Below, in pieces: positions 19,289 to 28,992 of a stretch of DNA of 64,000 bases. The translations under genes were made by a program, and so were the position numbers. Each line of letters starts with the position of its first letter. The stretch's first letter is position 1. The notes beneath the pieces are model-generated. The model was not told the origin of the DNA. It ran no database searches and saw only the letters and a list, made by a program, of their open reading frames with translations. This stretch comes from Phycisphaerae bacterium (GTDB lineage: Bacteria > Planctomycetota > Phycisphaerae > UBA1845): assembly GCA_963666835.2 (NCBI GenBank), contig CAXXGO010000005.1:1-64000 (forward strand). Reading direction: 5' to 3'.

Positions 19289-20290
19289 TCAATAGGTTCG
19301 CTGCTCGATCATGCCCTTGGTGATGGAATAGTGATCGAACATGGCCTCGTCGACAAATTTCTTTCGCGCTACCGTTTCTCCAGCCACCAGCTTCCTGATG
19401 ATCTCGTCTATATAGGGCCCCTGCAGCGGGTTGCACTCCACATTCAACGCAATCCTGCCCTCAAAGCAGTATTCGAGACCTTTTTTGGTCGCGTCGAATG
19501 ATATGACGATGACACCGCTGTCCGGATTGCAGGTCAGCCCGGCCTCCTCCATCGCGTCAATGGCTCCAAGCGCCTCGCCGTCATTCTCGCAATAAACCAC
19601 ATCGATGTCCTTCGTCCGTTTCAGAATGGTGCCCATGACCTCATATGCCTTGGCCCGCGTGAAATCTCCGCATTCCTGCTCGACGATTTGCCAGTGCGTG
19701 TTTTCCTTCACCGCCGCCTCCAGCGCCGCGGTGCGGTGCAGCTGCGCAGTGGAACCAAGCGTTCCCTGCAAATGCACAATCCGTATTTCATCGGCTGTCC
19801 GCTCCTGTTTGTCCAACAGTGCCGCCAGCCAGGTGACCGCCTTGTTCCCTTCTTCCCGAAAATCCGATCCCACGTAGGCACGGTACAAGCTCTCATCCTC
19901 GAGGACAATGTCCCGATCGATGACGATAACGGGAATTCCGGCTTCCTTCGCCTCCTGCAGGATGGAATCCCAACCGGTTTCCACCCGGGGCGAAAACACG
20001 ATGAAGTCCACATCCTGCTGAATGAAATTGCGGATGGCCCGAATCTGGTTCTCCTGCATGTTTCTGGCATCATCATAAATCAACTCATAGCCATTTTCCT
20101 CGCTCAGCGCGGCCTTCACGCTTTCTGTATTGGCAACACGCCATTCAGACTCGGCGCCAACCTGTGAAAACCCCACAACAACGGGGACAAAGGGTGTCGG
20201 GGTTACAGATGGGGCCGATCCCTGCGAACATCCGCTGAAACAGAACAGGAACAGCATACAGCACAGGGCCGCCATTGCCCGCAGATTCAT
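19289..20290 (-). CDS. Second YtfQ-like substrate-binding lipoprotein, co-transcribed with the two-component system
   Basis: Lipobox FSG-C; VGFSQVGAESEWRVANTES, VIDRD, NVECNPLQGP. Start overlaps the kinase stop. Confidence 0.88.
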   Translation of the reverse strand: MNLRAMAALCCMLFLFCFSGCSQGSAPSVTPTPFVPVVVGFSQVGAESEWRVANTESVKAALSEENGYELIYDDARNMQENQIRAIRNFIQQDVDFIVFSPRVETGWDSILQEAKEAGIPVIVIDRDIVLEDESLYRAYVGSDFREEGNKAVTWLAALLDKQERTADEIRIVHLQGTLGSTAQLHRTAALEAAVKENTHWQIVEQECGDFTRAKAYEVMGTILKRTKDIDVVYCENDGEALGAIDAMEEAGLTCNPDSGVIVISFDATKKGLEYCFEGRIALNVECNPLQGPYIDEIIRKLVAGETVARKKFVDEAMFDHYSITKGMIEQRTY

Positions 20291-21993
20291 GTCTCCACCT
20301 CCCTTTCCGCTGCCTGCTTCGGCAGTTTCACCACCACACGGGTTCCCTCGTCCGGTTCGCTTTCCAACGCCAGCCCATAGGCCTCGCCAAACAATATCTG
20401 GAGGCGCTGGTGGACGGTTCGCAGGCCAAACCCTTCCCCCTTGCCTTCCGCCAATGCCTCCCGCATCTCCTTGAGGCGCTCGGGTGACATGCCGGCACCA
20501 TCATCGATCACTTCAAGGACAAGGATCCCTTCGGCATCCGCCGCCTCCCTGCAGGTTACATGGATATGCCCCTTGCGACGGCGGTTCTTGATACCGTGAT
20601 ACAACGCGTTTTCCACCAATGGCTGCAACGTGAGCTTGGGCAGCGTGTAGTGCGCCAAATGATCCGGGATGTCGATGTCGTAGTCCATCTTGTCCCTGTA
20701 TCGCATTTGCTGGATTTCAAGATAGCTTCCGATATGCTTGGCCTCCTCGGCAATGGTGATGACGTTCTGCCCGCGGCTGAGTGAAAAGCGGAAGAAATTG
20801 GACAGGCTGCCCACCATCTTCACCGCTTCGCTGATGTTCTGTGATTCGATCAGCCAAATGATGGTGTCCAGTGTGTTGTACAGAAAGTGCGGATTGATCT
20901 GCGCCTGCAGCAGCGCCAGCTCCGTGCGGCGACGCTGCTTTTCCTGTTCGGTATTTGTGTCGATGAGCCGCTTCAGGTGTCCAACCATGTTCTCAATCCC
21001 GTCGGTGAGCAGTTGCACCTCCTCCACGTCGGCCTGAATGGGATCACACACCTGCAGACTGCCCTTGCCGATGGCTTCGAGACGTTCGCAGATCCTGTCG
21101 ATGGGATCCACAATCCGGTTGCTGAGCGTTCTGGACTTGGCCAGCAGAAAATAGAGCATGCCCAGCGACAGGAGCAGGATCAAGCCTATCAGCTTGATGG
21201 TGTTGGATACCATGGAAGACTGCAGCGCATTCAAATGTGCCGCCTCATAATACAGATAGGTGTACATGTAGTCCTGGATCAGTCCGGTGGTGATGTAGAC
21301 ATTCTTGCTCAACTGATCCATGCGGGAATCGTAATCCTGCGTCTGCGCAATCTGCTCCATCTTCTCCTTGAGATTTCGGCACAGGCTCAACACACTGCTG
21401 ATGGCGCGCAGGCTGTCCTTCTGCGTGGTCGTCTCGAGCAGGCTGCTCGCTATGGCCTCCGCAGACTGCACCTCCTCGATCACCTTGGGCAGACCTTCGG
21501 AATACTGGCTGTCGATGACGAAATGATACATCTTGTTGTCGACGACATCCTTGAAGTTCTGGTTGAACGAGGAGGCTGTGGTGACATTGTTCAGGATGGC
21601 CTGATATTTGAACGCGTAACTGATGGCAATCGACGCGATGGCGATGATTGCCATCATCGGCGGCAGGCCCACAAACAGAATGATGCGCCAGAGCTTGCGC
21701 TGCAGGGGCATTTTCTCATATGCCGCATCGCGAATCACCGGTTCATGGCCCATTGTCTCCCGCGCCGTGGCTCCCCGCATTGCTGCCTCCCGCGCCGTTG
21801 CACTCCGCGCCGTAGTCTCACCTGTCATTTTCTGCCGCACTGCCAATGGCCGATCTCCCGCCTGATGAAATCCCATCTGCCGAACTGCCTCATTTCGAAG
21901 GGACGTTTGCCCAACCGCTTTCCTTTTCACTGTCACGCTCACACGAATACCTGGACGGCTCCCGACGGGGTTCCATCCCCTGTCAAACCCCAA
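20287..21993 (-). CDS. YesM/LytS-family sensor histidine kinase (start uncertain)
   Basis: LQAQINPHFLYNTLD, PKLTLQPLVENALYHG, DDGAGM, GFGLRTV; two TMs. TTG at 21993 has an AAGGA RBS; ATGs at 21876 and 21828 are alternatives. Confidence 0.88.
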   Translation of the reverse strand: MGFDRGWNPVGSRPGIRVSVTVKRKAVGQTSLRNEAVRQMGFHQAGDRPLAVRQKMTGETTARSATAREAAMRGATARETMGHEPVIRDAAYEKMPLQRKLWRIILFVGLPPMMAIIAIASIAISYAFKYQAILNNVTTASSFNQNFKDVVDNKMYHFVIDSQYSEGLPKVIEEVQSAEAIASSLLETTTQKDSLRAISSVLSLCRNLKEKMEQIAQTQDYDSRMDQLSKNVYITTGLIQDYMYTYLYYEAAHLNALQSSMVSNTIKLIGLILLLSLGMLYFLLAKSRTLSNRIVDPIDRICERLEAIGKGSLQVCDPIQADVEEVQLLTDGIENMVGHLKRLIDTNTEQEKQRRRTELALLQAQINPHFLYNTLDTIIWLIESQNISEAVKMVGSLSNFFRFSLSRGQNVITIAEEAKHIGSYLEIQQMRYRDKMDYDIDIPDHLAHYTLPKLTLQPLVENALYHGIKNRRRKGHIHVTCREAADAEGILVLEVIDDGAGMSPERLKEMREALAEGKGEGFGLRTVHQRLQILFGEAYGLALESEPDEGTRVVVKLPKQAAEREVET

Positions 21994-23602
21994 GCACGTT
22001 TCCTTTTCGATACTCACTCGGGGTGCAGCCAGCCACCTTCCGGAAAACAAAGCTGAAATAGTGCGCATCCTTGTACCCCACGGCCACAGCGATTTCGCTG
22101 GCGCGCATGTCGGTTTGGCGCAGCATCCGTTTGGCTTCTCCAATCCGCTTGCCGGTGAGGTACTCGATGAAGGTTTGCCCAATTTCCTGGCTGAACATGG
22201 CCGAGAAGTAGTTGGGGCTGATGTTGACCTGGCGGGCCACCCTGTCCAGCGACACCGATTCATCCTGATAGTGCGCGTCGATAAACGCGATCGCCTGCGT
22301 CAGCAAGGCGCTTTGCTGCTTCCTGCTTTCGCTGTCGCGTTGGCTGATGGCCTGCCGGAGCACCTTGTGAACCGCTCTTCGGGAGTCCTCCAGCGTCGGC
22401 GGGCGGTCATCCGGACGGAACTCCCGCAGCAGGGAGCCCTCCTTGCGGCATCCGATGGAGTCCAGGTACTCCGCCGCGGCATAGCTGACCGTCACCGTGA
22501 GGTAGCGGCAGAACAATGGCAGGGAGGCATCCTCGCCCACTCCATGCAGCAGTTGATCGATGAAAGACCCGATGTCCGCAGCAGCACCACTTGTCAGAAA
22601 GCTGTGAATGCGGCCTCTGTCTATCTCGACATTGCCTGTTTGCGCACTCATGCCACCCTGTTCACGGCGTTCACGCATCAGCTCTTCCGTCAGCACATGC
22701 ACTTCCGGGCACAGATAGCGATAGGACAATATCCGATTGGCTTGCGCAAAGCATGCCGGAATTGCGCTGAGCCTGGAAACCGGTGTCCCATGAGCCACAT
22801 GCCAGTCCACATCCCGACCTGCGTGTTCACAACGACTCTGGATGTTCTCAACACACGCCCGTGTCCGTTGCGCGACATCCTCCGTTCCGCCTTTGATCAA
22901 CACCGCATAGGTCGTGATATTCCAACGAAACAGGATGAGCTCGGGATGCTTGATGACAAACTGCGTAACCTGATCCTGCACGCTCGCCAGCAAATCCGTA
23001 TACTGTTCGGGCACCCCGCCATTGAACGCCGGACCGCTCAAGGAGTAGAGCACAATGTTGTAACAGGGCGCATTCAAGTCAATGCCCATCTCCATGGCCG
23101 TCTCTGAAATCTCGGTGACTGAAAGGCCGCCGGTGACGACGTTCTCAAAAAAACGCCTGCGGGAATACATCTCGTACTCCTGGGCTTCCCTGGCGAACCG
23201 GGCCAGATGTTCCTGCTGCTGCAGGTCCGCCTGCATTCTCTGCTGCAGGGTCACCAGGGTCTCCGCCAGCGTGTCCTTGAGGATGGGTTTGAGCAAATAC
23301 TGCTCAACCCCCAGACCAATGGCCTTCTGCGCATAAGAAAAATCGTCATGTCCGCTGATGATGACGATCTTGATGTTCGGCAACTCCTTTCTGACCAGTT
23401 CTATCAACGCAAGGCCGTCCATGAACGGCATTTTGATGTCGGTAATCAGCAGATCGGGCTGTATTCTTCGAATCAGCGGCAGCGCAAGCTCCCCGTCCGG
23501 CGCGTCGCCGGCATAGAGGAAGCCATACTGCTCCCACAGTATCTTGTCACGTATGCCCTCGCGGACAACGACTTCATCCTCAACAAGGAAGACCTTGAAC
23601 AT
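21983..23602 (-). CDS. YesN-family response regulator (REC + AraC HTH)
   Basis: KVFLVEDE, LITDIKMPFMDG, YLLKP; C-terminal AraC (SPNYFSAMF...VGYKDAHYFSFVFRK..GCTPSEYR). Confidence 0.92.
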   Translation of the reverse strand: MFKVFLVEDEVVVREGIRDKILWEQYGFLYAGDAPDGELALPLIRRIQPDLLITDIKMPFMDGLALIELVRKELPNIKIVIISGHDDFSYAQKAIGLGVEQYLLKPILKDTLAETLVTLQQRMQADLQQQEHLARFAREAQEYEMYSRRRFFENVVTGGLSVTEISETAMEMGIDLNAPCYNIVLYSLSGPAFNGGVPEQYTDLLASVQDQVTQFVIKHPELILFRWNITTYAVLIKGGTEDVAQRTRACVENIQSRCEHAGRDVDWHVAHGTPVSRLSAIPACFAQANRILSYRYLCPEVHVLTEELMRERREQGGMSAQTGNVEIDRGRIHSFLTSGAAADIGSFIDQLLHGVGEDASLPLFCRYLTVTVSYAAAEYLDSIGCRKEGSLLREFRPDDRPPTLEDSRRAVHKVLRQAISQRDSESRKQQSALLTQAIAFIDAHYQDESVSLDRVARQVNISPNYFSAMFSQEIGQTFIEYLTGKRIGEAKRMLRQTDMRASEIAVAVGYKDAHYFSFVFRKVAGCTPSEYRKGNVLGV

Positions 23603-23881
23603 ACCGGCATTCCTTTCGATAGTCATCCTGTCTTTCTGACGGGCATGCCCATTCCTGCTCCGGTGATTCCGTATAACCGCCCATCGTAAAAGTTTATATC
23701 ATACCCGAAGGTGAAGTTTCTTATGATCTTCGTACATTATTCTACATAATCAAAAAAGACCAGATTCGGTATTGTTTGAATCTCTTGCGCTTCTACTGTC
23801 CGTCTGCGCTTCTACGGTTCGTCGCCAATGCATTCGAATTTCTTGCGGCGCATCATGCAAACCGATTCTCCGTCAGACTGC

Positions 23882-23922
23882 AAAAACCTGAAAAGCATTG
23901 CAATACAATGCTTTTCAGGTTT
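23882..23922 (-). terminator. Perfect 17-bp inverted repeat, probable terminator
   Basis: AAACCTGAAAAGCATTG-CAATA-CAATGCTTTTCAGGTTT, downstream of the minus-strand gene ending at 24054. Confidence 0.6.
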
Positions 23923-24053
23923 CGCTTGTGATCGAAGCAAGTGTCTGACTTCGAATGGGAGCAGCCAACATACGGTTTTCTCATGGCACATCGGTTATTT
24001 AGGTACCAATGCTTACCTGAAAAAACAATGACGGTCTGCAAAGAATCATGCTC

Positions 24054-24515
24054 TCAAAATCCGTGCTGTGTGAAGCCGTCTTCACCGACGAATTCTATCT
24101 CGGCCTGCAAAAACGCGTCAATTGCCATTTTGTTGTCCGCGTATCCCGCGACATTTTCTTCAAGATATTTCATCACAGAGCCCTCACCCAGTTTGATAAA
24201 ATCCACCTGGCTTGTGGGCAAATCAATCCCAACCTGCTCCGTCCAGTAATCTTTGAACAAATCAACATATATCTCATATTCGCAGGAAACCCAGGAATCG
24301 AAAACCGAAACGCCTCCGTACGCTACCCTTGAGCTGTCTTCCGTGTCAAAAACAAAGTACTTGAAGGTTTTACCCGTGTCATCCAGCCAAACGACAATGT
24401 CAACCCAATAATCATCAACGAGCATCGCTGAGCCGCTTGCACTTTTGTTATAGTATCCGTAATCGTTTCTAAGTTCTCCTGCAAAGCGTTCCTTGTTGTC
24501 AAACTTAATGTCTGG
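24054..24515 (-). CDS. 3' part of a hypothetical protein, cut at the sequence junction
   Basis: Protein-like reading PDIKFDNKERFAGELRNDYGYY...QHGF* in an AT-richer stretch. The upstream part of the listed ORF is antisense to the TOPRIM gene. Confidence 0.55.
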   Translation of the reverse strand, partial: PDIKFDNKERFAGELRNDYGYYNKSASGSAMLVDDYWVDIVVWLDDTGKTFKYFVFDTEDSSRVAYGGVSVFDSWVSCEYEIYVDLFKDYWTEQVGIDLPTSQVDFIKLGEGSVMKYLEENVAGYADNKMAIDAFLQAEIEFVGEDGFTQHGF

Positions 24516-25649
24516 AACCGCCGCGCCGCGCTGACCCGGCGGCGCGGAATGACGATAAAGGACGCAGCCGACCAAGTCATGGCCGAGGCGTATGCTAAGG
24601 CGAGTTCCGGTGGCACTTTGCCGGCTGCGGCTCGACAAATCTACTATGCTGCGCGTCCGGAGATTCTCAGATTGACCGGGGAGGATTCGCTGAACTCCGT
24701 GTACTTCACGCAACGACTGCTTCCGCCGTTTATCGACAGGAACCCGGATCTGACGGCCGATTGGGACATCACGTACGATAGCCGCGGGTGCCTGGTTGAG
24801 CCCCATACACGGTTGCACGTGCCATTGGGTACGCTCGACCGGCGAGCGTACCAGAATGACATCGCGAACCACCACGTGACGGATCCCGTGTTCGACTTGG
24901 CGGAACGTCTCGCGTACCCGACGTGCGGTCCGGCAAACCGGTGGGGCGCCATTCTCTTCGTCGAGAAGCAGGGTTTCCAGCCTTTGCTGGAGCACGTGCG
25001 TCTAGCCGAGAAGTGGGATATTGGAATCATGACGACAAAGGGGATCTCGAATGTCGCAGCGCGCGAGCTGATTGACGGGCTCAACGTGCCGGTACTTGTA
25101 GCGCACGATTTCGACGAGGAGGGGCTGAAGATCTTCGCAACCTTGCGGGATAGTACTGCGCGGTACGAATACACGAATCGCGTTGACATCGTCGACATAG
25201 GTCTACGCCTTGAAGATGTCGAGGAGTATGACCTGCCGTCGGAACGGACCGGCAAGCTGCGACACTCGCCCAAGATTCTGGCCGGATATGGAGCCACTCC
25301 AGCCGAGATCGAGTTCCTCAGGCACAACCGCGTCGAACTGAACGCCTTCTCCAGCGGCGATTTGATCAGTTGGCTGGAACGCAAACTCACCATACACGGA
25401 ATCAAGAAGATCATACCCGACAATGATCTTCTGCGCGAGGCATACCGGCGGACCGTGCAAGTCCTCGAGGTGGGATCGCAACTCAGCGCTATCAGAGATG
25501 ATGCTCGCGAACGCGCGGCTTGCGCGCGGGTACCCAGGGATCTTGGGCCGCAAGTCCGTAAGCGGATCGCAGCCGAACCCACGCTTTCGTGGGATCAAGC
25601 CGTGGCGCAGGTGGTGAGAGAAAGATACAAGCCGCGGAGAACTGGGTGA
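24516..25649 (+). CDS. DNA topoisomerase VI subunit A/Spo11-like TOPRIM protein, probably 5'-truncated at the junction
   Basis: RQIYY (putative catalytic Tyr), ILFVEKQG (TOPRIM Glu), TTKG, HDFDEEG (DxD), RVELNAF. The frame stays open upstream of ATG 24549 (NRRAALTRRRG). Confidence 0.72.
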   Translation, partial: NRRAALTRRRGMTIKDAADQVMAEAYAKASSGGTLPAAARQIYYAARPEILRLTGEDSLNSVYFTQRLLPPFIDRNPDLTADWDITYDSRGCLVEPHTRLHVPLGTLDRRAYQNDIANHHVTDPVFDLAERLAYPTCGPANRWGAILFVEKQGFQPLLEHVRLAEKWDIGIMTTKGISNVAARELIDGLNVPVLVAHDFDEEGLKIFATLRDSTARYEYTNRVDIVDIGLRLEDVEEYDLPSERTGKLRHSPKILAGYGATPAEIEFLRHNRVELNAFSSGDLISWLERKLTIHGIKKIIPDNDLLREAYRRTVQVLEVGSQLSAIRDDARERAACARVPRDLGPQVRKRIAAEPTLSWDQAVAQVVRERYKPRRTG

Positions 25650-26028
25650 GACTGCTTCGGTCTTGCCCATTACTCCGGGTCGGAATGACTGATGTGGCAA
25701 CAGGACTGCAAAACGAAGCGGTGGACGTAACTTGGGTATAGCAAAGGGATTACCCAATACTTCACAGAGCAAATGTGGGGACTTGCTTCTGGCGACGCGT
25801 CGGGATGGACGTAATCTGTCCCGGCGCTGTCGCCGGCGCCAGTCGCAACGCCGACTTGCCGGGTCTTGGGTGACGCGCTTCTGGCGTTACCCCAAACATC
25901 TGACGAACTTTAGTCCGTCGAGGGTGTTGAAAAGCGAGGCGAGGGGCAGTATCGTGACATCTATGGCCGTGGCTAAACAGTGGCGTGCAGCTACGGGCCA
26001 CGATTGAGACAGGATACGGAGATCGAGT

Positions 26029-26313
26029 ATGAATCAAACTCAGAGGACAAACGCAATTGAACGTGATGCCAACGCGGCCGGATCCTGCGTGGAGCTGATT
26101 GACGTAGAGGCGGTAGCTCGGATTCTCGGGTGTTCTGCCCGGACCGTCTATCGTCTGGCGGACTCCGGCAAGATGCCCAGGCCGGTTAAGCTTGGACAGT
26201 TGGTGCGTTGGCCGCGGGCGAAGGTGGAAGGCTGGATTGCGGACGGATGTCCTGCGGTGCGGGGAGCAATCCGGCGAAGCCGGAACGAGATGCACACGAA
26301 GCAGTGCGTGTGA
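26029..26313 (+). CDS. AlpA/excisionase-family helix-turn-helix protein
   Basis: LIDVEAVARILGCSARTVYRLADSGKMPRPVKLGQLVRWPRAKVEGWIADGCP. Confidence 0.88.
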   Translation: MNQTQRTNAIERDANAAGSCVELIDVEAVARILGCSARTVYRLADSGKMPRPVKLGQLVRWPRAKVEGWIADGCPAVRGAIRRSRNEMHTKQCV

Positions 26314-27108
26314 TATGCGTGTGACGCCGAATCGTGGGATGGACGAATGGTGGATTGGCAGAAAACACTGCAAACAATCAGCGCTGTTAGCGCCGGTACA
26401 GCGGTTCAGGCTGGACGCCAGCTAACCGGGCAGCCCCGTCCCCTGGCTTCGTAAGGGGATGAGTCGAATCGGACTGACCACCGGCGGTGACGACGTACGG
26501 CCGGGAGAGCCGCTTCCCAGTGGGCCGCTTGTCCAGCGGGAAGGCGAGTCAGGTCGAACAACGCTCGTGGTGCTGAGGATGGCTTCGGCTGTGGCCAGCA
26601 CGTTAGACACCTTCCGGGGGACAGCAACCCTCACGGTGGCGAGTAGTAGTGATCTGGCGTATGCGGTGTCGATAGTCCGGTCGCAGGCGGGTGAAACTGG
26701 ATTGCCTGCGGAAAAAGAAATATCCAGCGGTTCAGCGATGGGCTCGGCGGCGTGCCGCACGGAGTGACGCGACCGTGTCACCGACCTCAGGCATGGGGTC
26801 GGTGCGCTCCGGGTCTGACGGTTGCCGCTGTGGTCGCCACGGCCGACCGACAGCTATACGATAAGTCGAAACACTCGACGGCGAGACGAACGAATGCGGG
26901 GAATACGGGAGATACAACCGACAGGCGCCCCGGTTGGGAGCGGTATGGCTCCAGCCGCAAGCGGGATGACAATGGACCGCATGAGAAAGCAAACCACCGA
27001 ATCCTCGACACTGACCAGGCTGTTACGCGGACCCCTGGACAACGCCGACATCCTGGCCGCCTGCTCTGGAATAGAGTGCCGCCAGACCAAACGCAAAGGA
27101 CAACCGCT

Positions 27109-28992
27109 ATGGGACACGTTTACCGACCGACATACACGAAGCCGCTACCTGACGGAGCTGAAGTCGCCGTCCGAAAGGGGGAGCTGTTCGCCCGATGGGT
27201 CGATGGACGCGGCCGGAAACGAACCGCGAGAGTGACCACAGGCAAGGACGGCACGGACCGTATCCTTCTTCAAAGCGGGACGTACACCGCGGAGTACCGC
27301 AACGGGGCCGGGCATGTTGTGAATGTTGCGACCCGTTGCCGATCGAAGGATGCGGCCTTGTCCATGCTGACCGAGCTTCAAGACCGCGCCGACAAGGTAC
27401 GGTCCGGCGGATGGACTGTGGCAGAAGATGCCGTCTTGGACCACAAGGACACGCCGATCGCGGATCACATCGACGCGTATCTGGCGTACCTGCGGACGAA
27501 ACGCGGCAAAGGGAGACGGGTACGAACGTCACATCATCATGTCGTGAACACAACGCGGTGTCTAAAGGTGATTGTCGCGGGGTGTGGGTTTCAGCGGCTC
27601 CGCGACTTGAACCGCGAGCCTGCGGAGAAGTGGGGGGGCCGAGCCGAGGCAGACGGGCTGGCCGCTCGGACGGTCAATTCCCATTTTGCGGCTCTGAGCG
27701 CCTTCGGAAACTGGTGTGTCGAGACGAAACGGATTATTGCCAATCCGTTCACGCGGTTACCGATGCGAGACCAGAGGGCCGACCGGCGGAAGATCCGCAG
27801 GGCGCTCACTGGCGATGAACTCCGGCGGTTGCTCAAGGTGGGGCGGCTCCGTCCGGTGGCTGAGTATGGGCGGAAGACTGTTCACACCGCGGAAGGCGTT
27901 TCCCGTACTGACAAGCGGAGCCGACGGACCTGGAAGCGGGAGCCGCTGAGCTATCACGATATCGACGCCGCGGCCGAGCGGGGTCGCGCTGCCCTGGCCA
28001 AGCGGCCGGACCACCTTGCGAAGCTGGAAGAACGGGGGCGCGGCCGGGCGTTGGTCTACAAAGCGTTGGTTCTGACGGGGATGCGGAAGGGCGAGCTTGC
28101 CGCGGTGAAGGTCCGACACCTGGAGCTATCAGGGCCGCAACCGTACATCGTGCTTGATGCGGCCGACGAGAAGGCCGGACGGGGAGCCGAGATACCGATT
28201 CGGGGCGACCTGGCGGAAGACGTGCGGGAGTGGCTGGCGGAACGACTGGAGAAACTCCGAGCCGAAGCACGCGCCGAGGGCAGACCTGTTCCGGCGATGC
28301 TCCCGGCTGATCTTCCGGTGTTCGACGTCCCGGACGGCTTGGTGCGGATCATGGACCGGGACTTGGTGGCGTGCGGAATAGCCAAGCTGGTCACCGATGA
28401 GCGGGGCCGGGTACGCATCGACAAAAGCGACGACCGGGGTAGGACCGTGGACGTTCACGCGTTGCGGCATACGTTCGGAACTCACCTGAGTAAGGGTGGG
28501 GTAGCCCCACGGACCGCACAGGCCGCGATGAGGCATAGTACCGTTGACCTGACGATGAACACCTACACCGATCCGAGGCTTCTGGACGTGGCCGGGGCGT
28601 TGGACGTGCTGCCGTCCCTCCCGCTGGCCGACGAGCCCGAATCCGAGCGGCAGAGGGCGACCGGAACCACGGGCCGGACCGAATCCTCGGGGCGTGTTCG
28701 GGGTCTCGATGCGACCGCTGACGGGCGCCGGACGGAGCGTCAACAGACCACGCCCGGACGGGCCGAACCGGGGGAAAACGGGCCGACTTCGCTTGTACCA
28801 ATGCTTGTACCAAACTCCGGCAAACGGTGCATATCAGGGGCGTCTACTGACAAAAGCATGTCATTGGGGTTGGGAGAGCGGATCGCTGTAAGTGACTTGG
28901 CTGACAAGAGTTACGAACGACAGGCAACCCCTGACAATCTACGCCGCGCGGGATTCGAACCTGCAACCTTCGGTTCCGTAGTGCGACTATAG
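27109..28992 (+). CDS. Tyrosine recombinase / phage-type integrase
   Basis: Catalytic set LTGMRKGEL (R), EKAGR (K), HALRH (HxxR), MRHS (H), MNTY (Y). RBS AAAGGA before ATG 27109. A disordered tail runs through the att site. Confidence 0.93.
   Translation: MGHVYRPTYTKPLPDGAEVAVRKGELFARWVDGRGRKRTARVTTGKDGTDRILLQSGTYTAEYRNGAGHVVNVATRCRSKDAALSMLTELQDRADKVRSGGWTVAEDAVLDHKDTPIADHIDAYLAYLRTKRGKGRRVRTSHHHVVNTTRCLKVIVAGCGFQRLRDLNREPAEKWGGRAEADGLAARTVNSHFAALSAFGNWCVETKRIIANPFTRLPMRDQRADRRKIRRALTGDELRRLLKVGRLRPVAEYGRKTVHTAEGVSRTDKRSRRTWKREPLSYHDIDAAAERGRAALAKRPDHLAKLEERGRGRALVYKALVLTGMRKGELAAVKVRHLELSGPQPYIVLDAADEKAGRGAEIPIRGDLAEDVREWLAERLEKLRAEARAEGRPVPAMLPADLPVFDVPDGLVRIMDRDLVACGIAKLVTDERGRVRIDKSDDRGRTVDVHALRHTFGTHLSKGGVAPRTAQAAMRHSTVDLTMNTYTDPRLLDVAGALDVLPSLPLADEPESERQRATGTTGRTESSGRVRGLDATADGRRTERQQTTPGRAEPGENGPTSLVPMLVPNSGKRCISGASTDKSMSLGLGERIAVSDLADKSYERQATPDNLRRAGFEPATFGSVVRL
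28791..28813 (+). repeat. Direct repeat GCTTGTACCAA x2, candidate integrase arm-type sites
   Basis: GCTTGTACCAA-T-GCTTGTACCAA about 130 bp from the tRNA fragment. A similar TTGTGCCA lies at 29088 on the other side. Confidence 0.55.
28940..28981 (-). other. 3' half of tRNA-Arg(ACG), att-site remnant (not a complete tRNA)
   Basis: Minus strand CT-ACG-GA ACCGA AGGTT GCAGG-TTCGAAT-CCCGC GCGGCGTA gives anticodon loop, T arm and acceptor 3' strand. No D arm or acceptor 5' strand upstream. Confidence 0.8.

Larger units (their letters stand above)
24516..28992. mobile_element. Integrative element segment (TOPRIM - AlpA/Xis - tyrosine integrase - tRNA-Arg att)
   Basis: Excisionase-like gene, integrase and tRNA 3' fragment with arm-like repeats. 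Boundaries are not resolvable. Confidence 0.7.

Noticed and set aside
21994..22263. N-terminal extension of the YesM ORF
   Set aside because: Overlaps the AraC domain of yesN in another frame.
24054..24995. 313-aa minus-strand ORF taken as one gene
   Set aside because: Its first half is the antisense shadow of the TOPRIM gene across the junction; only 24054-24515 looks coding.
26406..26781. ORFs of 70-120 aa between alpA and the integrase
   Set aside because: Overlapping candidates on both strands, none with a recognisable motif; cannot choose one.
26752..27108. N-terminal 119-aa extension of the integrase ORF
   Set aside because: Not protein-like; a good RBS precedes ATG 27109.
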